From Candidatus Omnitrophota bacterium (GTDB lineage Bacteria > Omnitrophota > Gorgyraeia > Zapsychrales > Zapsychraceae): DNA of 64,000 bases. Shown piece by piece: positions 21,950 to 31,321 of the stretch. Both the position numbers and the translations under genes were made by a program. Location of the stretch: assembly GCA_015233115.1 (NCBI GenBank), contig JADFYJ010000001.1:131084-195083 (forward strand), in the 5' to 3' direction. Below the pieces are notes generated by a model. That model was not told the DNA's origin and searched no databases. It was given only the letters and a program-made list of their open reading frames with translations. Each line of letters opens with the position of its first letter. Position 1 is the first letter of the stretch.

Positions 21950-22155
21950 GTCGTAGGGGCGATCTCCTGATCGCCCGTTGCAAAATTATCGCTTTTTTTA
22001 TTTTAAAAAATTATTTTCTTTGAAGAAATTATAAAAGATGTTTAAAATCGATTGATGGCCGTTTTTTTTAAATATTTTTGGAAATGGCCCTATTGTTGGC
22101 TATTAATTTTGTAAATATTTATTGATGCGGGCGATCAGGAGACCGCCCCTACTAC
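21950..22155. repeat. MITE-like element: 25-bp terminal inverted repeats (each itself a hairpin) flanking ~155 bp of AT-rich DNA
   Basis: 21950-21974 gtaggggcgatctcctgatcgcccg versus 22131-22155 cgggcgatcaggagaccgcccctac (24 of 25 complementary). Confidence 0.4.
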
Positions 22156-22180
22156 AAATAAAAAGAATGATAAATAAATA

Positions 22181-24304
22181 ATGTATAATAAAAAAATTGC
22201 TCAAGAATTAAAAATATTGCCTCTACAGGTTGAGGCAGTGATTACTTTGCTGGATGGCGGGTCAACTGTTCCTTTTATTTCGCGTTACCGTAAAGAAGTG
22301 ACTGGTAATTTGGATGAAACTGTGATCACGGCAATCCGCGACCGCGTTGAAGTGTTACGCGAATTGGATAAACGCCGTTTGGCTGTTTTGGAGTCCATTG
22401 AGAAACAAGGCAAGTTGACAGACGAACTGAAAGCCAAAATCATAGCGGCAGAGACTATGACTGTGCTTGAAGATTTATATCTTCCTTATAAACCGAAACG
22501 CCGCACTAAAGCAACTATTGCTAAGGAAAAAGGTTTGGAACCGCTGGCGCAAATTATTTTTGATCAGACTGGTGTTGATCCTAAAAAAGAAGCGCAAAAA
22601 TATATTAACGCGGAAAAAGAAGTCAATTCCATCGAAGAAGCGTTAGACGGCGCCCGCCATATCATGGCTGAGTGGATTAATGAAAATGAGGAAGCCCGCA
22701 AGCAATTGCGTAAATTATATCAGGATACTGGCACGCTAACTTCTAAAGTCATTAAAGGTAAAGAAGCAGAGGGCATTAATTATAAAGATTATTTTGACAT
22801 GCAGGAATTGGCGAAGACTTCACCGTCGCACCGCATTTTAGCTATTCGCCGGGGAGAAAGTGAGAAATTTTTGACTTCGCGCATAACTGTTGATGAGCAG
22901 GAAGCGCTAAAAATTTTGCAGAAATTATTTGTTAAAGGCAAAGGCGAAGACGCGTATCAGGTTATGATGTCTGCGGAAGACAGTTTTACCCGTTTACTGT
23001 CCTTGTCCATGGAATCCGAATATCGTATGGAATTGAAAAAACGCGCTGATTTACAAGCTATTGAAATATTTAATAGCAATTTGCGCCAATTGCTCATGGC
23101 CTCACCTATGGGGCAAAAACGCGTCATGGGTATTGATCCGGGTTTACGGACTGGATGTAAAATTGTTTGTATGGATGAACAGGGCAAACTGCTGGTGAAT
23201 GATGTGGTATATTTGGTTAAGTCTGAACATGAATTGGAACAGGCGGCCATTACGGTCGTCACGTTATGTAAAAAATATAAGATTGAAGTCATTGCCATAG
23301 GAAACGGGACAGCGAGCCGGGAAACTGAGGCGTTTGTTAAACGTCTGCCTTTTCCAACTTCGATTCCCATCGTGATTGTCAGCGAAAGCGGCGCGTCGAT
23401 TTATTCTGCTTCCGAAGTGGCGCGTGAAGAATTTCCTGATTATGATCTTACCGTGCGAGGTGCTGTTTCAATCGGTCGACGTTTGATGGATCCTTTGGCG
23501 GAATTGGTCAAAATTGATCCTAAATCCATTGGTGTGGGCCAATATCAGCATGATGTGGATCAAAAATTATTAAGACAGAATCTGGATGATGTGGTTATCA
23601 GTAGTGTGAATCAGGTTGGTGTAGAACTTAATACTGCCAGTAAGCAATTATTGACTTATGTGTCGGGTTTAGGACCGTCGCGCGCGCAAGCGATCATTGA
23701 TCAACGCAATAAAACCGGGCGCTTTAATTCTAGACTGGAATTAAGCAAAGTCCCGGGATTGACAGCCAAAGCTTTTGAACAAGCTGTTGGATTCTTGCGC
23801 ATTCACGATGCTGAAAATCCACTGGATTCCAGCTCAGTGCATCCGGAAGCGTATCCGATCGTTGAAAAAATGGCTAAAGATCTCAATTGCACAGTTAAAG
23901 ATTTAGTTGCTAACGCGGATTTGCGAAAAAAAATCGACTTACAAAAATATGTGACTGATACGATCGGCATGCCGACTTTGATAGATATTAAAGCTGAGCT
24001 CGAAAAACCAGGTCGAGATCCGCGCGAACCTTTTGAGCTGTTTTCCTTCAAAGACGGGGTGGAAACCATTGATGATTTGAAGCAAGACATGGAATTACCC
24101 GGCGTCATCACCAACATTACGGCTTTTGGAGCTTTTGTGGATATTGGGGTTCATCACGACGGATTAGTTCACATCAGTGAAATGGCAGACCGTTACGTGA
24201 AAGACCCGCATCAAGTCGTCCATGTGCATCAAAAAGTAACTGTACGGGTAGTCAGCATCGATATGGACCGCAAACGTATCGCATTAAGCATGAAGAAAAA
24301 GTGA
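22181..24304 (+). CDS. tex: transcription accessory protein Tex (YqgF-HhH-S1)
   Basis: 'ILPLQVEAVITLLDGGSTVPFISRYRKE' N-terminus; C-terminal S1 domain 'GVITNITAFGAFVDIGVHHDGLVHISE'. Confidence 0.85.
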   Translation: MYNKKIAQELKILPLQVEAVITLLDGGSTVPFISRYRKEVTGNLDETVITAIRDRVEVLRELDKRRLAVLESIEKQGKLTDELKAKIIAAETMTVLEDLYLPYKPKRRTKATIAKEKGLEPLAQIIFDQTGVDPKKEAQKYINAEKEVNSIEEALDGARHIMAEWINENEEARKQLRKLYQDTGTLTSKVIKGKEAEGINYKDYFDMQELAKTSPSHRILAIRRGESEKFLTSRITVDEQEALKILQKLFVKGKGEDAYQVMMSAEDSFTRLLSLSMESEYRMELKKRADLQAIEIFNSNLRQLLMASPMGQKRVMGIDPGLRTGCKIVCMDEQGKLLVNDVVYLVKSEHELEQAAITVVTLCKKYKIEVIAIGNGTASRETEAFVKRLPFPTSIPIVIVSESGASIYSASEVAREEFPDYDLTVRGAVSIGRRLMDPLAELVKIDPKSIGVGQYQHDVDQKLLRQNLDDVVISSVNQVGVELNTASKQLLTYVSGLGPSRAQAIIDQRNKTGRFNSRLELSKVPGLTAKAFEQAVGFLRIHDAENPLDSSSVHPEAYPIVEKMAKDLNCTVKDLVANADLRKKIDLQKYVTDTIGMPTLIDIKAELEKPGRDPREPFELFSFKDGVETIDDLKQDMELPGVITNITAFGAFVDIGVHHDGLVHISEMADRYVKDPHQVVHVHQKVTVRVVSIDMDRKRIALSMKKK

Positions 24305-24449
24305 CTAACATTATAAGTCTGAAGGTCAGAAGTAATACGTCAGAAGAAAAAAAAGATATATTTTAAAAATTAAGATCTTATTTATTGCTTTGTGTGTTTC
24401 CACCTGTCAAAATTATCATGATGGTTCAGCGTTTATAAATGAATCACAT

Positions 24450-24486
24450 GTCATTCCCGCGAAAGCGGGAATCCATGACTTTTGGG
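24450..24486 (+). terminator. hairpin with GAAA loop and U-tract (terminator candidate between tex and dnaX)
   Basis: gtca-ttcccgc-gaaa-gcgggaa-(tcca)-tgac followed by TTTT. Confidence 0.35.
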
Positions 24487-24534
24487 TTATTTACTTTACT
24501 TTAACTTTTAACCTTTACCTTTTTACTTTTACAT

Positions 24535-26205
24535 ATGTCATACATCGTTTTTGCCAGAAAATACCGTCCGCAAACTTTTAAAGAAGTTATCGGACAAGAT
24601 CATATCACTGAGATTATGGAAAAGGCGATTGCCGCGAATAAAGTCGCTCACGCGTATTTATTTACCGGACCCCGTGGCGTCGGAAAAACCTCTTGCGCCC
24701 GTATCTTAGCCAAATCTTTAAACTGTGAAAAAGGCCCGACCATTACGCCATGCGGCCAATGCACATCGTGTATTGAAATTACTAAAGGTTCCAGTTTTGA
24801 TGTATTGGAAATTGACGGCGCGTCCAACCGCGGCATTGATGAGATCCGTAATTTAAGGGAAAATGTTAAATATGCTTCAGGTTATGCCCGGTATAAGATT
24901 TACATTATAGATGAAGTTCATATGCTGACGTCCGAAGCGTTTAATGCTTTGCTGAAAACCTTGGAAGAGCCGCCTGAGCATGTCAAATTTATTTTTGCTA
25001 CGACTGAACCGAATAAAGTTCCTTCAACGATCCTTTCCCGCTGTCAACGTTTTGATTTTAAACGGATTCTCCTGAAGACTATCGTTGAGATCCTGGAAGA
25101 TATTTGCAAATCCGAACATTTAGGTATTGATCAGGATGCTTTGTACGCTATTGCCAAAGCCGCGCAAGGAGGTTTGCGTGATGCTTTGACTGTTTTGGAT
25201 CAGGTAAGCGCGTTATCAGATAAACAGATCAATGCTCATGATGTGACATCCATGCTGGGATTGGTTGAAACCGAATTACTATTTAGTATCACAGATGCTT
25301 TGGCAAAAAATGATTGCTCCACAGCGTTAGAAATTCTTGATCAGATTATTGATAAGGGAAAAGATATCCGTCAGATGAGTAAAGATTTGATTGAACATTT
25401 CCGGCATTTAATGATTTTAAGAATTGGAGAGACAGCTTTAGGCAAAATGATTGATTATCCGGCTAATATTAAAACTCTACTTTTGGAACAGTCAAAAAAG
25501 TTTTCTTTAAAACAGATTATTAATGCTATTGATCTTTTTATTCAGGCCAATGATATGGCGCGGGTCACAGAATCGTTCCGTTTGCCTTTAGAAGTCGCGT
25601 TTGCCAAATTGACGTATCAACCAGCCAAAGATATGGCAGGTGCTCCTGCTGCTGCAACTCTCCTCAAAGAGATGCCGATTAAAAAAGACGTTGAGCAGGT
25701 AAAATCAGCCGTACAGCCGCCAGAAAAAAAATCTCCTATTAAAATATTGTCTAATAATCGCGGACAAATTGATATTGGGCCGGCTATTGAAAATAACGAT
25801 GAGCCGTCCGAAATTGTTCAGCCTGAAGTTAAAATTGAGGTAGTACCTGTGTCCGGCGTTTTATCATTAAAATTGATTAAGCAAAAATGGGGTGAAGTCA
25901 CTCATACTGTCAGCAAAAAAAAGATGTCTGTCGCTACTTTTTTACAGGATGGAGTGCCGCTTTCATTGACGGAAAATATCCTTTTGGTGGGATTTCCAAA
26001 AGATTGCATATTTAATAAAGAATCTTTGGAACATCAAGATAATTTAAAGATTGTCGAAGCCATTTTAAATGAACTTTTCGGAGAATCTATCCGGATAAAA
26101 TATCAATTAGTCGATGAAGTTTTGCCAAAAGAAGAAGATAGCTCGGTGCAAGACGTAGTTGATGCTTTCGGCGGAGAAGTCGTTGGCCGCTGGCATGAAG
26201 AGTAA
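24535..26205 (+). CDS. dnaX: DNA polymerase III subunit gamma/tau
   Basis: 'ARKYRPQTFKEVIGQDHI...YLFTGPRGVGKTSCARILAKSLNCE' clamp-loader AAA+. Confidence 0.9.
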   Translation: MSYIVFARKYRPQTFKEVIGQDHITEIMEKAIAANKVAHAYLFTGPRGVGKTSCARILAKSLNCEKGPTITPCGQCTSCIEITKGSSFDVLEIDGASNRGIDEIRNLRENVKYASGYARYKIYIIDEVHMLTSEAFNALLKTLEEPPEHVKFIFATTEPNKVPSTILSRCQRFDFKRILLKTIVEILEDICKSEHLGIDQDALYAIAKAAQGGLRDALTVLDQVSALSDKQINAHDVTSMLGLVETELLFSITDALAKNDCSTALEILDQIIDKGKDIRQMSKDLIEHFRHLMILRIGETALGKMIDYPANIKTLLLEQSKKFSLKQIINAIDLFIQANDMARVTESFRLPLEVAFAKLTYQPAKDMAGAPAAATLLKEMPIKKDVEQVKSAVQPPEKKSPIKILSNNRGQIDIGPAIENNDEPSEIVQPEVKIEVVPVSGVLSLKLIKQKWGEVTHTVSKKKMSVATFLQDGVPLSLTENILLVGFPKDCIFNKESLEHQDNLKIVEAILNELFGESIRIKYQLVDEVLPKEEDSSVQDVVDAFGGEVVGRWHEE

Positions 26206-26210
26206 AAATT

Positions 26211-26813
26211 ATGTATCCTAAATTAATTGAAAATTTAATTGAGAATTTTTCCAAACTGCCGGGTGTTGGGAGGCGGAGCGCGGAACGTATGGTTTTTTGG
26301 CTTTTAAATCATCCCAAAGAACACGCAGATGCTTTAGCCAAAAGTATTTCTGACCTCAAAGAAGGCCTCATGTTTTGCCGCATATGCCATAATTTAAGTG
26401 ATACAGAAATTTGCATGGTTTGCAGTGATCCGCACCGAGATCAAGCTGTGGTGTGTGTGGTCGAGAATCCAAAAGATTTATTAGCCATTGAACGCACTGG
26501 CTCCTATCGCGGCCTATATCATGTTTTATTAGGCAATATTTCCCCCGCCGAAGGCAAGGGCCCGGATGATATTCAAATTAGCTCGTTGATGCACCGAATT
26601 GCCACAGGCGAAATTAAAGAAGTTGTCTTAGCCACAGATCCGGATAATGAAGGCGAGATGACCGCGTTGTATATGATTAAAGAATTGAGAGAATTCGCCA
26701 ATGTGAAAATTTCCCGTATAGGAATAGGTTTGCCCATGGGCAGTTCCTTGGAATTTGCAGACATGTCTACATTAGGCGTTTCTCTAAGCGCGCGCCGGGA
26801 GATTAAAGTATAA
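26211..26813 (+). CDS. recR: recombination protein RecR
   Basis: 'LPGVGRRSAERM' HhH motif, C4 zinc finger 'CRICHNLSDTEICMVC', Toprim domain; follows dnaX (no ybaB between). Confidence 0.9.
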   Translation: MYPKLIENLIENFSKLPGVGRRSAERMVFWLLNHPKEHADALAKSISDLKEGLMFCRICHNLSDTEICMVCSDPHRDQAVVCVVENPKDLLAIERTGSYRGLYHVLLGNISPAEGKGPDDIQISSLMHRIATGEIKEVVLATDPDNEGEMTALYMIKELREFANVKISRIGIGLPMGSSLEFADMSTLGVSLSARREIKV

Positions 26814-26881
26814 CCGTGTTGACTTTTTATTTTTATTGTGTATAATTCTAACAATTCTGTTCTTTAAATGACTATTTTTAT

Positions 26882-26954
26882 TCCCCTGTAGCTCAGTTGG
26901 TAGAGCGAGTGGCTGTTAACCACTATGTCCGAGGTTCGAGCCCTCGCGGGGGAG
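26882..26954 (+). tRNA. tRNA-Asn (anticodon GTT)
   Basis: Acceptor TCCCCTG/CGGGGGA, anticodon stem AGTGG/CCACT with loop CTGTTAA, T loop TTCGAGC. Confidence 0.85.
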
Positions 26955-26965
26955 TTTATTGCTGA

Positions 26966-27003
26966 AACCCGTTGTGAGTATTATACTTGCAACGGGTTTT
27001 TTC
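26966..27003 (+). terminator. rho-independent terminator after tRNA-Asn
   Basis: aacccgttg...caacgggtt followed by TTTT. Confidence 0.6.
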
Positions 27004-27032
27004 TTTGTTTTTACTTTGTTTTTAATAATTTC

Positions 27033-27060
27033 TTGCAATATTTTCAAAATGTCATATAAT
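27033..27060 (+). promoter_or_regulatory. brnTA promoter (TTGCAA-16 nt-TATAAT)
   Basis: Read from the sequence; the same tttcttgcaatattt motif recurs at 28984-28998. Confidence 0.4.
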
Positions 27061-27089
27061 TGTATATACAATTATGAGGAGAGATTTTA

Positions 27090-27359
27090 ATGAAAGAAAT
27101 TCGTTGGAATATGTTGAAGAGTGAGAGGCTGAAGCAAACGCGCGGAATTTCTTTTGAGGAGATTATAACTTCAAAATTGATTGATATTCGTAAACACCCC
27201 AATAGGGCAGATCAAAAAATTTTTGTTTATGAATATAAAGGATACTTGTGGGCAGTGCCTTATGTTATTGAAGAAGGTGGAATATTTTTAAAAACAATAT
27301 ATCCAAGCCGAAAATTAATGAGATTTTATAAAAAGGAGAAACATTATGAGAAAGATTAA
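27090..27359 (+). CDS. brnT: BrnT-family (DUF497) toxin
   Basis: 89 aa; 'RGISFEEI...GIFLKTIYPSRKLMRFYKKE' matches the DUF497/BrnT pattern; GAGGAGAG RBS. Confidence 0.65.
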   Translation: MKEIRWNMLKSERLKQTRGISFEEIITSKLIDIRKHPNRADQKIFVYEYKGYLWAVPYVIEEGGIFLKTIYPSRKLMRFYKKEKHYEKD

Positions 27360-27591
27360 GCTGACTCGTTATGAACAAACGATTGAAGATAATATCGAGC
27401 AATATGTTCCAGTTGATAAAAAAGAATATGAAGAAATTGTTCAAGCGCTTGCAGCGCGTAAAAAAGACGCTGTTTTAAATATCCGAGTAAATCGTTTTGA
27501 TCTTGATAATATTAAAAAGAAATCAAAGAAGATGGGTGTAAAATATCAAACGTTTATTTCGGAAATCCTGCATAAAGTCGCTCAAGCGTAA
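27346..27591 (+). CDS. brnA: BrnA-family antitoxin
   Basis: 81 aa; 'KKDAVLNIRVNRFDLDNIKKKSKKMGVKYQTFISEIL' BrnA C-terminal pattern; overlaps brnT by 14 nt. Confidence 0.65.
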   Translation: MRKIKLTRYEQTIEDNIEQYVPVDKKEYEEIVQALAARKKDAVLNIRVNRFDLDNIKKKSKKMGVKYQTFISEILHKVAQA

Positions 27592-27649
27592 AGGATTCTT
27601 CAGTAGATAGCCAGTTGCAAAACTCGTCCACTAAGGGGAGTTTTTTTCG

Positions 27650-27684
27650 AAAAGCCCGTTCATTAATTTGAACGGGCTTTTTTA
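27650..27684 (+). terminator. rho-independent terminator after brnA
   Basis: aagcccgttc-attaatttg-gaacgggctt followed by TTTTTT. Confidence 0.55.
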
Positions 27685-27818
27685 TTTTGAAAAAAACTCC
27701 ACCGCGAGGGGAACCCGAGGGGGGTCACAGTCTTGACAAATAAGTCAAGACGGCTTTGTGACGCCGCCGAGTCGGTGAGGCGGCCGAGTTCCATAGTGTT
27801 CTTTTAGATTTATTTTTT

Positions 27819-28670
27819 TTATTCAGTTTTTGTGCTTCGAAGTTGTTTCTTTTTATTCTGGCTTTCGATTTTTTTAATGCTTTTGACAGCAGGAAGGTCT
27901 TCAGGCATGGTACCGCCTAGTTCTCGGATCGTTTGTCTTACTTTTTTCCCAACTTCAAGATGCGCTTGATTGGCTTTGTCTTTGCCTTTTATATTTTCAC
28001 GGCGGAGTTTGTCTTCTGTTTGAGTGGCGCGGAAAAGATTGGCGGCTAGTTCCGTGCTACCCATGTGATCCAGGATTTTCTGGCTTGGTTTGAGTCCTTT
28101 GCGTTGATGTATATCAGTTTGTCCAAGTCCGCCGTAAAGTCCGTGATAGCCATGATCTTGAAAAATGGCGTAGTCCAACGGTTTGATAACTCCGGCTTCA
28201 CGGGCGGCTGAGGCCAGATGCTTGTTATGCGTTTTCATTTCTCCACGCAAGAAAACGCGTTTTTTTTCTTCGCTTTTTAATTTATCGAACGAGTCTGCTA
28301 ATTCCTGACGGCGGGTTTGTGCGGCAAAATAGGTTTGTCCTAAAGCTACGATTTCTTTTAATGGATCCGCATTCTGGACGATTAGATAACATGCATAACG
28401 GGAAAGCGATACCGTATCAACGGGACGTTTTGCGCCTGATCCGATAGAGACCATATCGAGGATGTCCTCGAAATGGTCTTCGACGGAGTAGCCGCTGTTA
28501 CGGCAGGCCGTTTTGGCTTTAGCAATAACTGGAATAAAATGCCGGTATTCCGAATATCCCAAAATATTTGAGATGTCCCGGGCAGACCAGTATTCTTGAC
28601 CATTTTTGTTTAAACGTTTAATGCTTTCAAAGACTGATTTATGCTCAGGAGGATTGGTTAGTTTAGTCAT
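27819..28670 (-). CDS. DinD-like (DNA-damage-inducible protein D family / Bro-N-like) protein
   Basis: 283 aa; 'EYWSARDISNILGYSEYRHFIPVIAKAKTACRNSGYSVEDHF' resembles the DinD family N-terminus; one of only two genes on the - strand. Confidence 0.45.
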   Translation of the reverse strand: MTKLTNPPEHKSVFESIKRLNKNGQEYWSARDISNILGYSEYRHFIPVIAKAKTACRNSGYSVEDHFEDILDMVSIGSGAKRPVDTVSLSRYACYLIVQNADPLKEIVALGQTYFAAQTRRQELADSFDKLKSEEKKRVFLRGEMKTHNKHLASAAREAGVIKPLDYAIFQDHGYHGLYGGLGQTDIHQRKGLKPSQKILDHMGSTELAANLFRATQTEDKLRRENIKGKDKANQAHLEVGKKVRQTIRELGGTMPEDLPAVKSIKKIESQNKKKQLRSTKTE

Positions 28671-28983
28671 AATCAGGCGCTTTCTTTATTTAACGAATTT
28701 ACAGATTTTAAAGGAGGGTGACAATTTGCCTCCACCCTTTGGAAATTTTTTTGAAATTGTATAACGTATTAATTTTTAGTCTATCGCAAACCTTAATGTT
28801 TTTCAAGATAAGATGGCTAGTCGTCATTCGAAAATAAAAAAATCACAAAATATGAATTAACGGGTAGAAATTTATTTTTTCGAAAGTCATTAACCAGTTG
28901 CAAAACCCGTCCATCATTGGGAGCTTTTATACTAAGCCGCCGTAAGTTAAATACTTGCAGCGGCTTTTTTGTGTTTAAAAATT

Positions 28984-29179
28984 TTTCTTGCAATATTTAT
29001 TGATTGAAGACAATATTGATCAATATGTTCCAGTTGATAAAAAAGAATATGAAGAAATTGTCCAAGCGATTGCAGCGCATAAAAAAGACGCTGTTTTAAA
29101 TATCCGAGTAAATCGTTTTGACCTTGATAATATTATAAAGAAATCAAAGAAAATGGGCGTCAAATATCAAACGTTTATT
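28984..29179 (+). repeat. duplicated copy of the brnTA promoter motif plus the brnA 3' half (178 bp, ~93% identical to 27381-27558)
   Basis: Base-by-base alignment by eye gives about 12 mismatches in 178 nt; similarity ends exactly at ...caaacgtttatt. Confidence 0.75.
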
Positions 29180-31183
29180 GTGGAGATTACGAATTCTAGT
29201 GAAAATGTTTTTTCTATAGTGTTTCCTGATAAATATGATGATTTTGGTTCACATGTAAAAGAACTTGAATACAGACCGCAACAGATAGCTTTTACTAAAG
29301 CGGTTATGGATTCATTTGCTAATAAAACTCATTTACTGGCCGAGGCTGGAACAGGAGTAGGTAAAAGTCTGGCGTATTTAGCCCCGGCAGTTAAATGGGC
29401 TAAAGATAAAAAAACAAAAGTGCTTATTACTACACATACAAAAACTTTACAGGAACAGTTGATTGATAAAGACTTGCCTTTTCTAAAGAAAACGGTAGAT
29501 TTCGATTTTAAATTTGAATTATGCGTGGGATCCGGAAATTTTATTTGTATTAGACGTTTTTTGAAGAATATAAGAGTATCTCTATTCCCGGATAATAACG
29601 CAAACCGGATTAAGCAGCTTGAAAAATGGATTAATCAAACCTGTACGGGCCTAAACTCCGATTTGCCTTTCGAACCAGAACATTCTTTATGGTATCAAAT
29701 TAATCGTGATTCTGAAATTTGCCATGGCCGCTCTTGCGAATACTTTAATCAATGTTTTTATTATAAGAGGAAAAAATTAATTAATGACGCGGATATTCTG
29801 GTCGGCAATCACCATTTATTTTTCGCTAATCTTGCTTCGGGTAATAAAGTTTTACCTCAATTTGATGCTGTGGTGTTTGATGAGGCGCATACTCTGGAAG
29901 ATTCTGCTGGCTCATTTTTAGGTAATAATGTTGCAAATTTTCAATTTGATTATTTGTTGGATTCATTTTTTAGTGCGAAAAATAAATCAGGATTATGGAA
30001 GTCTGTTAAAAAGTTAAAGCAAAAACAATTTGATGAAGGGGTCTCTTTACTGGAAGCAGTTAAAAATTATTCGGATTCGTTTTTTTCGGAAATAATTTAT
30101 GGATTGATTGATAAAGAAGGAAAAGCAAAAGAAAGCAAAATACGAATCAAAGAGAAGCTTTCAATTCCAAATTGCATAGATTTGCCTGCTCAAAATCTTA
30201 TTAACTTTTTAAAGGGAATAATGGGAAATTCCAGCGAAGAGAGTTTGGCGGAAGAGATAGGCGTTTTTTGCTCAAGATTAATGGTGCAGGTGGATGTAGT
30301 TAATTCGTTTTTAGCGCATTCATTATCTGATTACGTTTATTGGATTGAGTTTAGGGATACGAAGAGAGGAGTCAGATGTTCGTTAAATTATGCGCCGTTG
30401 GATATTTCGGAGCAATTCAGGAGTAAGGTGCTAGATGAAATTACTCCTGCGCTTTTTGTATCCGCAACATTATCGGTAAATAATTCTTTTGATTTTCTTA
30501 AGAAAAATCTTGGTTTTCAAGAAGCAGTGCAGGAGTTGATTGTGGATTCGCCATTTAATTATCAAAAAAATGCTATTATGTATGTGCCGAAGAATATGCC
30601 TGATCCTTCGGATGAAGATAGCGATTATTGGTCAAAAGCTCTTGAGCAGGTTAAGTTAATAATCGATCGGATGAAAGGACGTACATTGGTATTGTTTACA
30701 AGTTATTCTGCTATGAAAAGAGCCAATTATGTTTTGAAAAAAGATTATCCTGAATTGGAAATTTTATGCCAAACGGAAAAGCCGCGATCTATTCTTATTG
30801 AAGAATTTAAAAAGGGAGACAATACAATTCTTTTGGCAACGAATACTTTTTGGCAAGGCATTGATATTCCGGGTGAAGACTTGAGATGTGTTGTGGTATG
30901 GAAATTGCCTTTCTTAGTGCCAGATGATCCTTTTGCGGAAGCAAAGATGGAGCTTATTAAAAAGAATGGAGGCAATTCCTTTTATGAATACCAAGTGCCG
31001 CGGGCAATTACGATGTTAAGGCAAGGTTTTGGGCGGTTGATTAGAACAAAAGATGATATTGGAATTGTAGCTGTTCTTGACCCGAGAATTTTGACTAAAA
31101 GTTATGGCGCGCGTTTTGTTGGTGCTTTACCAAAGTGTCCAATCGTCAGTGATTTTGATGACGCGATGAAAATTTTCGATTAG
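29153..31183 (+). CDS. DinG/XPD-family Fe-S ATP-dependent DNA helicase (start uncertain; in-frame BrnA-like extension back to 28988)
   Basis: 'LLAEAGTGVGKSLAYL' Walker A, four-Cys Fe-S insert (CVGSGNFIC...CHGRSCEYFNQC), 'VVFDEAH' DEAH box, helicase C_2 C-terminus; the first ATG with continuous frame is at 29153; the track's 28988 start is a TTG that coincides with the promoter -35 hexamer. Confidence 0.65.
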   Translation: MGVKYQTFIVEITNSSENVFSIVFPDKYDDFGSHVKELEYRPQQIAFTKAVMDSFANKTHLLAEAGTGVGKSLAYLAPAVKWAKDKKTKVLITTHTKTLQEQLIDKDLPFLKKTVDFDFKFELCVGSGNFICIRRFLKNIRVSLFPDNNANRIKQLEKWINQTCTGLNSDLPFEPEHSLWYQINRDSEICHGRSCEYFNQCFYYKRKKLINDADILVGNHHLFFANLASGNKVLPQFDAVVFDEAHTLEDSAGSFLGNNVANFQFDYLLDSFFSAKNKSGLWKSVKKLKQKQFDEGVSLLEAVKNYSDSFFSEIIYGLIDKEGKAKESKIRIKEKLSIPNCIDLPAQNLINFLKGIMGNSSEESLAEEIGVFCSRLMVQVDVVNSFLAHSLSDYVYWIEFRDTKRGVRCSLNYAPLDISEQFRSKVLDEITPALFVSATLSVNNSFDFLKKNLGFQEAVQELIVDSPFNYQKNAIMYVPKNMPDPSDEDSDYWSKALEQVKLIIDRMKGRTLVLFTSYSAMKRANYVLKKDYPELEILCQTEKPRSILIEEFKKGDNTILLATNTFWQGIDIPGEDLRCVVVWKLPFLVPDDPFAEAKMELIKKNGGNSFYEYQVPRAITMLRQGFGRLIRTKDDIGIVAVLDPRILTKSYGARFVGALPKCPIVSDFDDAMKIFD

Positions 31184-31321
31184 TAGTTTTAAAATAATTT
31201 TTTGTGCGTTGCATGTGCATGTGCGGTGTATGTTATTGACTTTAATTGCTCCAAATGTACAATGAAAGTGTTTTTTCAAAGCAGATATAATAAGTAAATT
31301 TTATTTTTGAAAAGGAAATTA

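Noticed and set aside
24305-24534. Possible SRP (4.5S/ffs) RNA upstream of dnaX, as in Bacillus
   Set aside because: The GAAA-capped hairpin lacks the conserved domain IV sequence (AGGUCAGG...GGAAGCAGC). It is followed by a U-tract, so it fits an intrinsic terminator better.
27611-27640. Integron attC site (GTTGCAAAAC resembles core GTTRRRY/RYYYAAC)
   Set aside because: No paired inverse core, no intI nearby, and the motif recurs in direct, not cassette-like, orientation.
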